Shown in pieces: positions 56,656 through 64,000 of a stretch of 64,000 nt of DNA. A program made the position numbers and the translations under genes. The notes below the pieces were generated by a model. It saw only the letters and a program-made list of their open reading frames with translations. It searched no databases and was not told where the DNA came from. Positions within the stretch are counted from its first letter, which is position 1. Each line of letters starts with the position of its first letter. This DNA comes from a virus (taxonomy: Duplodnaviria; Caudoviricetes): positions 96 to 64,095 of IMG/VR virus record IMGVR_UViG_3300012006_000003; one strand, given 5' to 3'.

Positions 56656-59409
56656 CTATTTCTTCTTATTATCAGTTTTGCTTTTAGCATCAAATTTGTT
56701 CTTATTCTCTCTAGCAATTTGTAATTGTTTATCTGCTATTGACTGTTGTGCTTGTAGTTTTTCTCTTTCAAGTTGCATCTTTTGAGAATCTGAAGATTGT
56801 CTATTTGATTCTTTTTGTCTTTCAAGATTCATCTGACTAGTAAATTGCTCAGATTTTTGTATATCTCTTAATGAATCATTATAGTCAGACATCTGATTTT
56901 GATTAATATCTTGAGTAGCACCAAATCCAGCAGCTCTAATTTCAGCAACAAGTATATCTCTTTGTCTATTTTTCTCTTCTCTGATGTCTGTATTATCAGC
57001 TTTAAGTTTTTCTGCTTGAGCTTGAGCTTGTAATTGCTGTTCTTGCATTTGTTGTTGATGTTGCATTTCTGCATCTTTCTGCGCTTTGATTTTTTGCTCA
57101 GAATCTTTAAGTACTGTATTTAACTCAGCTATACTTTCTGATTGTACTAATTTACCTAAGTCATAGATAGATGCACCTGTAGTATTATTATTTAAGGCCA
57201 TATTTTTTAACTGTTCTAATACGGCTCTGTAATTAGCTTTAGTAGTTGCAAATATGTTTAAGTCTCTCATAAGCAAATCTGTACCATTAATCTGGAAGTT
57301 TACTTTCTCGTCTGCACCAGTAACATAAGTTAATCTTGCTGATGGTTTAGTTGAGTGATAGAATTGAGCTAAGTCAGTTCTCATCTGATGTACTCTTGGC
57401 ATTAAGTAATCTGAGTGTTGTATGAAATACATTTCAGTCTGTGCATAAGAAGCACCTACTGCTTGCTCAACTCCTGTTGCAGTTTGTTGAGATAGTTGTT
57501 GACCCATTCTTTGTGGGTTAATACCTATAACTTCATATGCTTGTTGTTTCATATATGTAGCTAACTGGATCCTTGACATTAACCTATTAGTCTGTTCTAG
57601 GTCTAATTTCTGAAAGTGTTGAAAGTTAAGAGCATTCTCTGTATTAGTAATACTGGTATCTAAAGGGAGCATCTGAAAATTCTTCATTGCTACATATGCT
57701 TTAGCTAAGTTGTTCTTACCCCAATCTTCACCCATTGAGTGTCTTGGTAATGCATTCTGATCAAGTAAGATAACTGTACCTAGTTCATCTACTAGTATAT
57801 CCGCTATTTGGTTATTAACAATGTTATATCCTATCTGGAATGGTTTCATTAAATCAATCAATGCTGTAGACTTAGTATTTCTATCTGAGAATACTGCACC
57901 CTCTACTGGTAGTTTACATCCGTAGATAGAGTTATCACCTTTAAATTGAAATCTTAATGGGCCTATATTTTGTTTATCAATACCAATATACAGAGGAGTA
58001 AAACCACCAGGATTATTCATACCCCAGAATGATGGAATATTAGGTCCAATTTTTACACCACCCCATACTTCATTAATCCAGATCCAATCTATGTGCTCTC
58101 CATATACTAGATTATCTTTAGTTTTGTTTTTAAAGAGTCTTGTATCATATATAGGATTATCAGTTACTTTATAGTCTTCTGTAATAATCTCTGTTATTAC
58201 TTCACCTGAGTCAGTAATTTTAGTTAGGTGACCTACTTTTCTCTGAGATTTCCAGTAACCTGTAGTTACTCTCAACAAGTATGCAGTACCTTGATCATAA
58301 TAATCTTCACCTTCTCTTAAGATGTAGTTTACAATATCACCCGCGTTGAAAATATTATTAGCTGCTGCAGTAGAATATTGACGCATACCTAGTGAAGGCA
58401 TGTTAGTATTCCACTCATGTGATTTAGTAGCATCATAAAATGATCCATCATTTTGTACACCACCAATATTATATCCTGCTGATCTAATTGGATAGATAGC
58501 TTCTAGTGATGCCATCTGATCTTCATTCATCATATAACCATACTTATCAATAACATCTGATACTGTAAGCATATCTGTTTTACCAACCCAGTTAGATTGT
58601 GATATATATCTTGCATCAGGAGATTTGTGATAAAATGTAAGTACAGGATTCCATAACTCAACATCATAGTCATCTTCCATCATACGCATATGCCAGAATT
58701 CTCTATCTGTAATAAGCATATCTCTGAAACCTCTTTCCTCTAACTCATCCATTCTAAATCTTTCAACATCTACTTCATGTTGGTGAGTAGCCCATTGCTC
58801 TACCATTGATCTATAATCCTTTTTAAAGAATTGTTCAATCTCTGGTAATGATTTTAATTTTTCTGGATTCAATTGTTGTTGTGCCTCTTCAGATTCAGGA
58901 TCCATACCTTGTTCTACCATTGCAGCAATAATTTTCATGCTTGCATCAGACATAAGTACATCCTCTACCATCTGTCTTTTTTGTTCCATCATCTCATTAT
59001 AAGATCCTTCATCTACTGCACGGTAAGATAACTTACTTGATCTTTTAGCAAACTCAGCTACAAGAACATTAATAACATTAGGAATAATTGGATAAAACTT
59101 TAACTCAAGTGCGGATGCATCTTCTTTAGTAAGCGTCTCAATGATATCTCTGTAGTCATTGTCTTCTTCAACTATATAGTCAGTTCTATCAATAACACCT
59201 TTAGCTAACTTATAGTTTTTCATTAGCCTACGCGCATTTCTTTTAATCTGTTTAAGACCATTCCACTCTAACCAATCAAGATTCCATGCAGCCCACTTGT
59301 CATCTTTTTCCTTTTTAGGAATAAACTGTAATGGTTGCGTAATACTACCTAATCTATTGTGTTCTGTTTTAGCTCCGTTTTTGAGCTGTAATGCGTTGAA
59401 AACCTGCAT
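56656..59409 (-). CDS. Portal protein
   Basis: 917 aa; YPIIPNVINVLVAEFAKR, YWKSQRKVG, WINEVWGG, LIDLMKPFQIGYN motifs; Q-rich C-terminal barrel helix; follows TerL. Confidence 0.9.
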   Translation of the reverse strand: MQVFNALQLKNGAKTEHNRLGSITQPLQFIPKKEKDDKWAAWNLDWLEWNGLKQIKRNARRLMKNYKLAKGVIDRTDYIVEEDNDYRDIIETLTKEDASALELKFYPIIPNVINVLVAEFAKRSSKLSYRAVDEGSYNEMMEQKRQMVEDVLMSDASMKIIAAMVEQGMDPESEEAQQQLNPEKLKSLPEIEQFFKKDYRSMVEQWATHQHEVDVERFRMDELEERGFRDMLITDREFWHMRMMEDDYDVELWNPVLTFYHKSPDARYISQSNWVGKTDMLTVSDVIDKYGYMMNEDQMASLEAIYPIRSAGYNIGGVQNDGSFYDATKSHEWNTNMPSLGMRQYSTAAANNIFNAGDIVNYILREGEDYYDQGTAYLLRVTTGYWKSQRKVGHLTKITDSGEVITEIITEDYKVTDNPIYDTRLFKNKTKDNLVYGEHIDWIWINEVWGGVKIGPNIPSFWGMNNPGGFTPLYIGIDKQNIGPLRFQFKGDNSIYGCKLPVEGAVFSDRNTKSTALIDLMKPFQIGYNIVNNQIADILVDELGTVILLDQNALPRHSMGEDWGKNNLAKAYVAMKNFQMLPLDTSITNTENALNFQHFQKLDLEQTNRLMSRIQLATYMKQQAYEVIGINPQRMGQQLSQQTATGVEQAVGASYAQTEMYFIQHSDYLMPRVHQMRTDLAQFYHSTKPSARLTYVTGADEKVNFQINGTDLLMRDLNIFATTKANYRAVLEQLKNMALNNNTTGASIYDLGKLVQSESIAELNTVLKDSEQKIKAQKDAEMQHQQQMQEQQLQAQAQAEKLKADNTDIREEKNRQRDILVAEIRAAGFGATQDINQNQMSDYNDSLRDIQKSEQFTSQMNLERQKESNRQSSDSQKMQLEREKLQAQQSIADKQLQIARENKNKFDAKSKTDNKKK

Positions 59410-59410
59410 A

Positions 59411-60055
59411 TTATAAAAATTTTAAATTAAATCTATTGTCTTTAATAAGTCTTGTCATATGACTTGGTGATTTTTTAAAAACACTAGCCACGTCTTGAAT
59501 TGAATTGTAAATAATATTATTAACTGTATCTATTACTTTTTTTCTAGTTTTTGAATAAATTTTTTCTTTTTCTTCTTGTGTTTTTACACGACCTATTTGA
59601 GCATTACCTATTATTACTTTTTGATTTTGAGAAATGGTTTTACCAAAATTAGGATTATTTATACCAGTCATACGGTTTATCATGTATTCTCTTTTTTCTA
59701 TTGACCAGGTTTTACCATACATGGGATTTTTACTCCCTTTTTTACTTTCTGATATTTTTTTAATTATATCAATATTTGGCTCAAATAAACCTTCTCCACC
59801 ACTTGTTAAATTTACTAATTTTATATTGCATGCTTTATAAAGTTTAATAAATTCCTTTTCTTTTTTGCAAGCAGTTTCCCATGATATATCAGTAATTAAT
59901 ATATCAATACTATAATCAATTTTATTAGTTACATTTTTCCAATATTTGTTTCTACTATGTTTTGAATAAGCTCTTTTAAAAAAAGCATCAGAACCTATAC
60001 CAATATAAAATGGTAAATTTGTATCTTTTCTTATATGTCTATATAAATATGGCAT
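59411..60055 (-). CDS. Free-standing GIY-YIG-like homing endonuclease with NUMOD3/NUMOD1-like DNA-binding repeats
   Basis: YLYRH..D...FYIGIG...R...E...LVNLTSGGEG catalytic domain; KNPMYGK and NPNFGK repeats; C-terminal YNSIQDVA HTH-like segment; more AT-rich than its flanks. Confidence 0.75.
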   Translation of the reverse strand: MPYLYRHIRKDTNLPFYIGIGSDAFFKRAYSKHSRNKYWKNVTNKIDYSIDILITDISWETACKKEKEFIKLYKACNIKLVNLTSGGEGLFEPNIDIIKKISESKKGSKNPMYGKTWSIEKREYMINRMTGINNPNFGKTISQNQKVIIGNAQIGRVKTQEEKEKIYSKTRKKVIDTVNNIIYNSIQDVASVFKKSPSHMTRLIKDNRFNLKFL

Positions 60056-60061
60056 ATCTTT

Positions 60062-62266
60062 TTATTTTAAATTTTTAAATGGTGACCGGTTTAGTTTTTG
60101 ACCTTCACCTAATCCACTTCTTCCCATATGTCTAAAAGGACTACTCTTTAATTTATACAAATTTTTTGACTTATCCAATTTTAAACTTGCATCATCCATA
60201 ACAACTCTCTTTGCATAACCAATATTTGCTTGTTGTATTTTTAAGAAAGACACTAATGCAGCAAAGGCTACAAGCCTATCCACGTTGAGTCCATCTTGAT
60301 AAGCTTGCATTTCTTTAAGTAACATAATATCTGGAATCCTTTCTACTCCATAATGTATCTTAACAGTAGTACCATCATCTTTCTGTATATGATCTATTTC
60401 TTCAGATAAGAAATCTTGAGTATAACTGATCATATGATTCTTGAATAGTACACCTGTATTTCTCCATCCATACTCTTGGAATACATTAGCATTAGCTCCT
60501 AAATCTTTTAAGAATACTATTTGAGTTCTTGGTACTAGATATCTCTGTTTCTTTCTTGCTATCATATGATTAATAAACTGAGATATGTTATTCTCTACTA
60601 TAGTCCAGGCGTTATACCATTCAATAATAAGTTCTAGTCTCTCATGTGTTTTATTGATATCATCAAATCTTCCACACCATGCTGCTACAATCTTGTCTCT
60701 TTCTATAAATGTCTCAGGTTCACCATTGGTAATCTTAGTCACTTCAACCGGTGCTTTCATTACATATATGGAACATAGTGATTCTGAGGTTGTTGTGCGA
60801 CCCTCTGCAACAGGGTCAATACTTGCATAGTACATTCCATATGTAGGATCCGGTACTGGTCTTTCCCATACTACTAGTGTACCAGTTTTATCTTCTGTCT
60901 TTTTAGATATAGGAAACTCAGATATAGGTAATTTACTTGTACCTTTTACTTTTACTTTACCTGTTTCATCTCTAGATATATCTAAGTGCTCTGATGAATA
61001 TTCTTTATCTTCAATTCTTCTTATCTGTGCATTTACTAAGTGAGGAGGAAACTTAGCTGCTTTTCTAAATGCAAATGCTTCTTCTATATTTCTTGGATGC
61101 TGAGATACTTCAAGTTGATAATCTTTAGCTTCTTTGCTTCTTTTTATCTCTTCAAAATATTCATCTAATGCTACTAATGCTTCTTCAACAAGTGAATTAC
61201 CATAGTCATCTATGTAAGGTGGCATTGACCATTGCTCAGGTATAAATAAACCTGACTGACCTATTGTACCATCCTTATCTATAAGATTAGTGTCTACAGG
61301 ATATATATCATTACTAGTAGGATCAAGTATCATTTTCTTCAAAGGACCACATTGATCCAAATCCCCAACTGATCCTGCAGCTATAAATAACCCAGTAGTT
61401 ATCATACCAGATTTAAGTGCAGGTTTAATATATCCAAATGTTGTATCCATCTTAGGAGCAATTCCTGCTTCCTCATGAAAGAAGAACTTAACGGGACCCC
61501 CTACACCATTTGTTGGATCTTTCTCAAATGACATACCTTGCATAGTACCTTTAAGTCCTACTTCAGCTTTTCTATCACCTTTTCTTATCTCAATCTTTTG
61601 TTGCCACATCATTACTTTGTCTGGAGACATAGGTCTATACCATGCCGTGTGCTCATTTAAGAATGCTGCGTACTCTGATAAAAATTTCCATGTACCTTTC
61701 TCATTAATGTAATCTTTCAGAGAGGCACCCATCTTTAAAGTAACCCCTGCTTCAAACCATAACTGATTAATAAGCTTACCTGCGTGAAAATATGATGATG
61801 CTATCTGACGTTTTTTAAGAATAGCTACGTGCATGTAATTTATCTCTGCAAGTATTTCATATAACGCCATATGATACTGTGCATCTCTTATCTTAGCAAA
61901 TCCAAACTTTTGCTCCTCCTTATCAAAGATAGGTAAGAAGTTTAACCACATGTAATAATCTCTAGTAAGATACCAAGACTTATTATTTGCTTTAACTATT
62001 ACACCTAATCTGCATTTAGCTTTCTGATCATCCCAGTATTTAATAAAATCTTTAGATTTAAATGGAGCTACACAATATACCTTATCCCTGTTGAATTTTG
62101 TAGACTCAGAATTAAATACAATATTAGTACTTTCATCAAATTCATACTCACCTGGTTCTCTAAATATTGACTTTATATAATCACCAAAATCTTTTCTACT
62201 ATCAAATGTAGTAGTAGTCCAGGTACCATTATCCCAGGTTGGTATATTTGTATATATGTTTTCCAT
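60062..62266 (-). CDS. terL: Terminase large subunit
   Basis: 734 aa; LKKRQIASS Walker A, FFHEEAG Walker B, YYASIDP nuclease Asp, NVDRL; upstream of portal. Confidence 0.9.
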   Translation of the reverse strand: MENIYTNIPTWDNGTWTTTTFDSRKDFGDYIKSIFREPGEYEFDESTNIVFNSESTKFNRDKVYCVAPFKSKDFIKYWDDQKAKCRLGVIVKANNKSWYLTRDYYMWLNFLPIFDKEEQKFGFAKIRDAQYHMALYEILAEINYMHVAILKKRQIASSYFHAGKLINQLWFEAGVTLKMGASLKDYINEKGTWKFLSEYAAFLNEHTAWYRPMSPDKVMMWQQKIEIRKGDRKAEVGLKGTMQGMSFEKDPTNGVGGPVKFFFHEEAGIAPKMDTTFGYIKPALKSGMITTGLFIAAGSVGDLDQCGPLKKMILDPTSNDIYPVDTNLIDKDGTIGQSGLFIPEQWSMPPYIDDYGNSLVEEALVALDEYFEEIKRSKEAKDYQLEVSQHPRNIEEAFAFRKAAKFPPHLVNAQIRRIEDKEYSSEHLDISRDETGKVKVKGTSKLPISEFPISKKTEDKTGTLVVWERPVPDPTYGMYYASIDPVAEGRTTTSESLCSIYVMKAPVEVTKITNGEPETFIERDKIVAAWCGRFDDINKTHERLELIIEWYNAWTIVENNISQFINHMIARKKQRYLVPRTQIVFLKDLGANANVFQEYGWRNTGVLFKNHMISYTQDFLSEEIDHIQKDDGTTVKIHYGVERIPDIMLLKEMQAYQDGLNVDRLVAFAALVSFLKIQQANIGYAKRVVMDDASLKLDKSKNLYKLKSSPFRHMGRSGLGEGQKLNRSPFKNLK

Positions 62267-62268
62267 AA

Positions 62269-62784
62269 TTAACTATCATAAGATAAACCAATTCCTCCAC
62301 GTACTTTACTAGACTGCTCATCTTGTAAATCTTTATATACACCTTTGAAAGATAATCTTATCTGATCAAAGTTTTTAGCTGCTGCTACTAGTGAGTTTAT
62401 ATTCCCATCTCTACCTGCAGTAATAGGTGTAGTTTCCATGTATCTAGCTAATCTATCTAACATAGATGCCATACCTTTATACGCTCTAGATGTTGCAGTA
62501 CTATACATATCATCACAGAATCTTAATGCATTTCTGATTGCTTCATCTTCTGTAGAGAAATCTGCTTCTATCTCTTGTAGTACAATCTCTTCTTTATCTA
62601 TTTCTGGAGTATGAAAAAATGGATTAGAGTCTGGACTAGGACAAGTCATATAAAATAAATATTGATATATCTTAAGATAATTATCAGGATACTTATCCAT
62701 TATATTTTTAAGAGTACTTAGAGTATAACAATGTTCTGTAGGTATTACAACCCCGTTATCAATGTCAAATAGTTTAGTGTACAT
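62269..62784 (-). CDS. Putative terminase small subunit / conserved protein upstream of TerL
   Basis: 171 aa helical protein ending ...VRGG...; immediately upstream of terL. Function inferred from position only. Confidence 0.45.
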   Translation of the reverse strand: MYTKLFDIDNGVVIPTEHCYTLSTLKNIMDKYPDNYLKIYQYLFYMTCPSPDSNPFFHTPEIDKEEIVLQEIEADFSTEDEAIRNALRFCDDMYSTATSRAYKGMASMLDRLARYMETTPITAGRDGNINSLVAAAKNFDQIRLSFKGVYKDLQDEQSSKVRGGIGLSYDS

Positions 62785-62785
62785 G

Positions 62786-63592
62786 TTATAAGCTTTTTAA
62801 AATTGCTATTACTTCTTCTTTTAAATATGGCATCTCCATAGGTATTACCTGTTTGATTACAGGATCACCTCCGTCATCATATTTGGTAATAGGATAACCA
62901 TTATTATCTTCACCTTCTAATTCAAATAGTACATGGTGTATAAACATCTTTCCTGGTTTTAATCTAGGATTATGCTTTAACATAATATACATGTAAATAC
63001 TTAATTGTAATGCATAATGATTAAAGTTACAGTCATCTAAATGAGATACCGGATGTTGTAGTTTATCACTGATACCATCCCAGTCTTTATATGATTCTGT
63101 ATCAATTTTCTTATTAGTCTTGTAATCTATGATGTTTATCTTATCATTTACTACTTCTACTAAATCTGATTGTCCACATATTCCAACTGATTTTAAATAT
63201 ACCATATGCTCAGGATATACACCTGGATCTAATTTCTGTAATGGTGCATACTTTAAACTGTTCTCTTCAGGTACAGGAGGTACAATAGGAATGATAACTC
63301 CATCCACTTCTAATGAAGATAGACTGCATAGATCAGCTTCTCTTTGATTATGGTAGTAAGTACCAAGAGTAGTAGCTCTAAGGGCTTCATTATCCCATAT
63401 CTTAATGATATCTTCAGGTTTAATACCGTACCATTTAGATTTTTTATTCTTAGAAACCTTTTTAGCTACACCTTCTTTATCAAAATGCTTCTTTAGTTTT
63501 GATATAAGACTTGTTACACTAGTCCATTTGATTTGTTCTTCACCTTCAATGCTAGTGTAACTGTGATCATCTGCTTTAAATACTATACTCAT
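62786..63592 (-). CDS. PD-(D/E)XK (Cas4/RecB-like) nuclease
   Basis: SVTSLI, GTYYH, GQSDLV...IIDYKT, HYALQLSIY motifs. Confidence 0.8.
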   Translation of the reverse strand: MSIVFKADDHSYTSIEGEEQIKWTSVTSLISKLKKHFDKEGVAKKVSKNKKSKWYGIKPEDIIKIWDNEALRATTLGTYYHNQREADLCSLSSLEVDGVIIPIVPPVPEENSLKYAPLQKLDPGVYPEHMVYLKSVGICGQSDLVEVVNDKINIIDYKTNKKIDTESYKDWDGISDKLQHPVSHLDDCNFNHYALQLSIYMYIMLKHNPRLKPGKMFIHHVLFELEGEDNNGYPITKYDDGGDPVIKQVIPMEMPYLKEEVIAILKSL

Positions 63593-63888
63593 GCTGTCTC
63601 AAGATTATCAATTATTTCTTTAGCTAATATTACAGATGCTTCATCATTTGATTCCAACATAGCTTTTAAATTAGCACATTCTTCTTTAGTCATTTTATTT
63701 TCAAGTTCTATAATACGTATACTTTGTTTATATATTTTTAACCCAAGTTTTTGAATATAAACTGATATACCGTCATGACGAGAAATACCATCCATTGCAA
63801 ATGCACTACTACCTATATCAGTAGCAACACTACCAATATGATTAGATGTATATAGACCTTGTGCTGTTAAATTTCCTAGAGTTGCCAT
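63589..63888 (-). CDS. Hypothetical protein
   Basis: 99-aa ORF coupled to the downstream gene (ATGA overlap). Confidence 0.55.
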   Translation of the reverse strand: MATLGNLTAQGLYTSNHIGSVATDIGSSAFAMDGISRHDGISVYIQKLGLKIYKQSIRIIELENKMTKEECANLKAMLESNDEASVILAKEIIDNLETA

Positions 63889-63890
63889 AA

Positions 63891-64000
63891 TTATAATGCG
63901 TTAAGTTTATCTTCTTCTTCTTCTGTAAGTACTGCATGCCATCTTAAGTCTGGACACTCTGCTGATAATGATCTTAACTTAATAGTAAATGAGCATCCAC
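63891..64000 (-). CDS. C-terminal end of a small Cys-containing phage protein (partial)
   Basis: Translates ...GCSFTIKLRSLSAECPDLRWHAVLTEEEEDKLNAL*; the GC..K.RS...CP..W pattern is common in phage Zn-binding proteins. Confidence 0.6.
   Translation of the reverse strand, partial: GCSFTIKLRSLSAECPDLRWHAVLTEEEEDKLNAL

Noticed and set aside
34719-57074. Short alternative-frame minus-strand ORFs (34719, 51326, 52765, 54797, 56868)
   Set aside because: They are fully nested in larger genes and show no independent signals.
59411-62266. Group I intron or intein in terL/portal associated with the endonuclease
   Set aside because: TerL and portal look complete and of normal length, there is no non-coding space for an intron core, and I saw no intein C...HN motifs.
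62786-63592. Cas4-like nuclease as evidence of a CRISPR system
   Set aside because: Stand-alone PD-(D/E)XK nucleases are common in phages; it lacks the four-Cys Fe-S pattern and no array is nearby.
982-63754. The many plus-strand ORFs in the track (60-190 aa, rich in S/L/F/I)
   Set aside because: They lie antisense to long minus-strand genes, have shadow-frame composition and show no recognisable motifs.
1-64000. Stop-codon reassignment (TAG/TGA recoding known in some Crassvirales)
   Set aside because: Multi-kilobase ORFs are intact under code 11 and tile the window tightly, so no recoding is needed.

Overview
A 64-kb, AT-rich slice of a crAss-like (Crassvirales-type, probably Bacteroidota-infecting) podophage genome. 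It contains the late/structural operon, encoded entirely on the minus strand in the standard genetic code. In transcription order (right to left) it holds: a PD-(D/E)XK nuclease, a putative small terminase, the large terminase, a free-standing GIY-YIG/NUMOD homing endonuclease, portal, a scaffold-like protein, major capsid protein, five very basic proteins, ring/adaptor and auxiliary capsid proteins, a ferritin/Dps-like protein, Cys-rich fibre proteins, an IHF-like protein, tail ring proteins and the tail muzzle. Then come the large internal/ejected proteins, including a 3977-aa virion RNA polymerase (DFDVDKL). Three observations stand out. (1) Four consecutive giant ejected proteins are essentially cysteine-free except for single terminal cysteines placed so that each C-terminal Cys meets the N-terminal Cys of the next gene product, suggesting a disulfide-linked head-to-tail ejection chain. 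(2) The vRNAP carries a C-terminal array of accessory domains (DUF4326-like, AlkB-like, SLOG, NADAR) separated by repeated STQP/STQQ linkers. (3) A short x-x-x-G-G motif recurs across seven or more unrelated internal proteins. All product calls rest on motifs and synteny read by eye; no database search was run.
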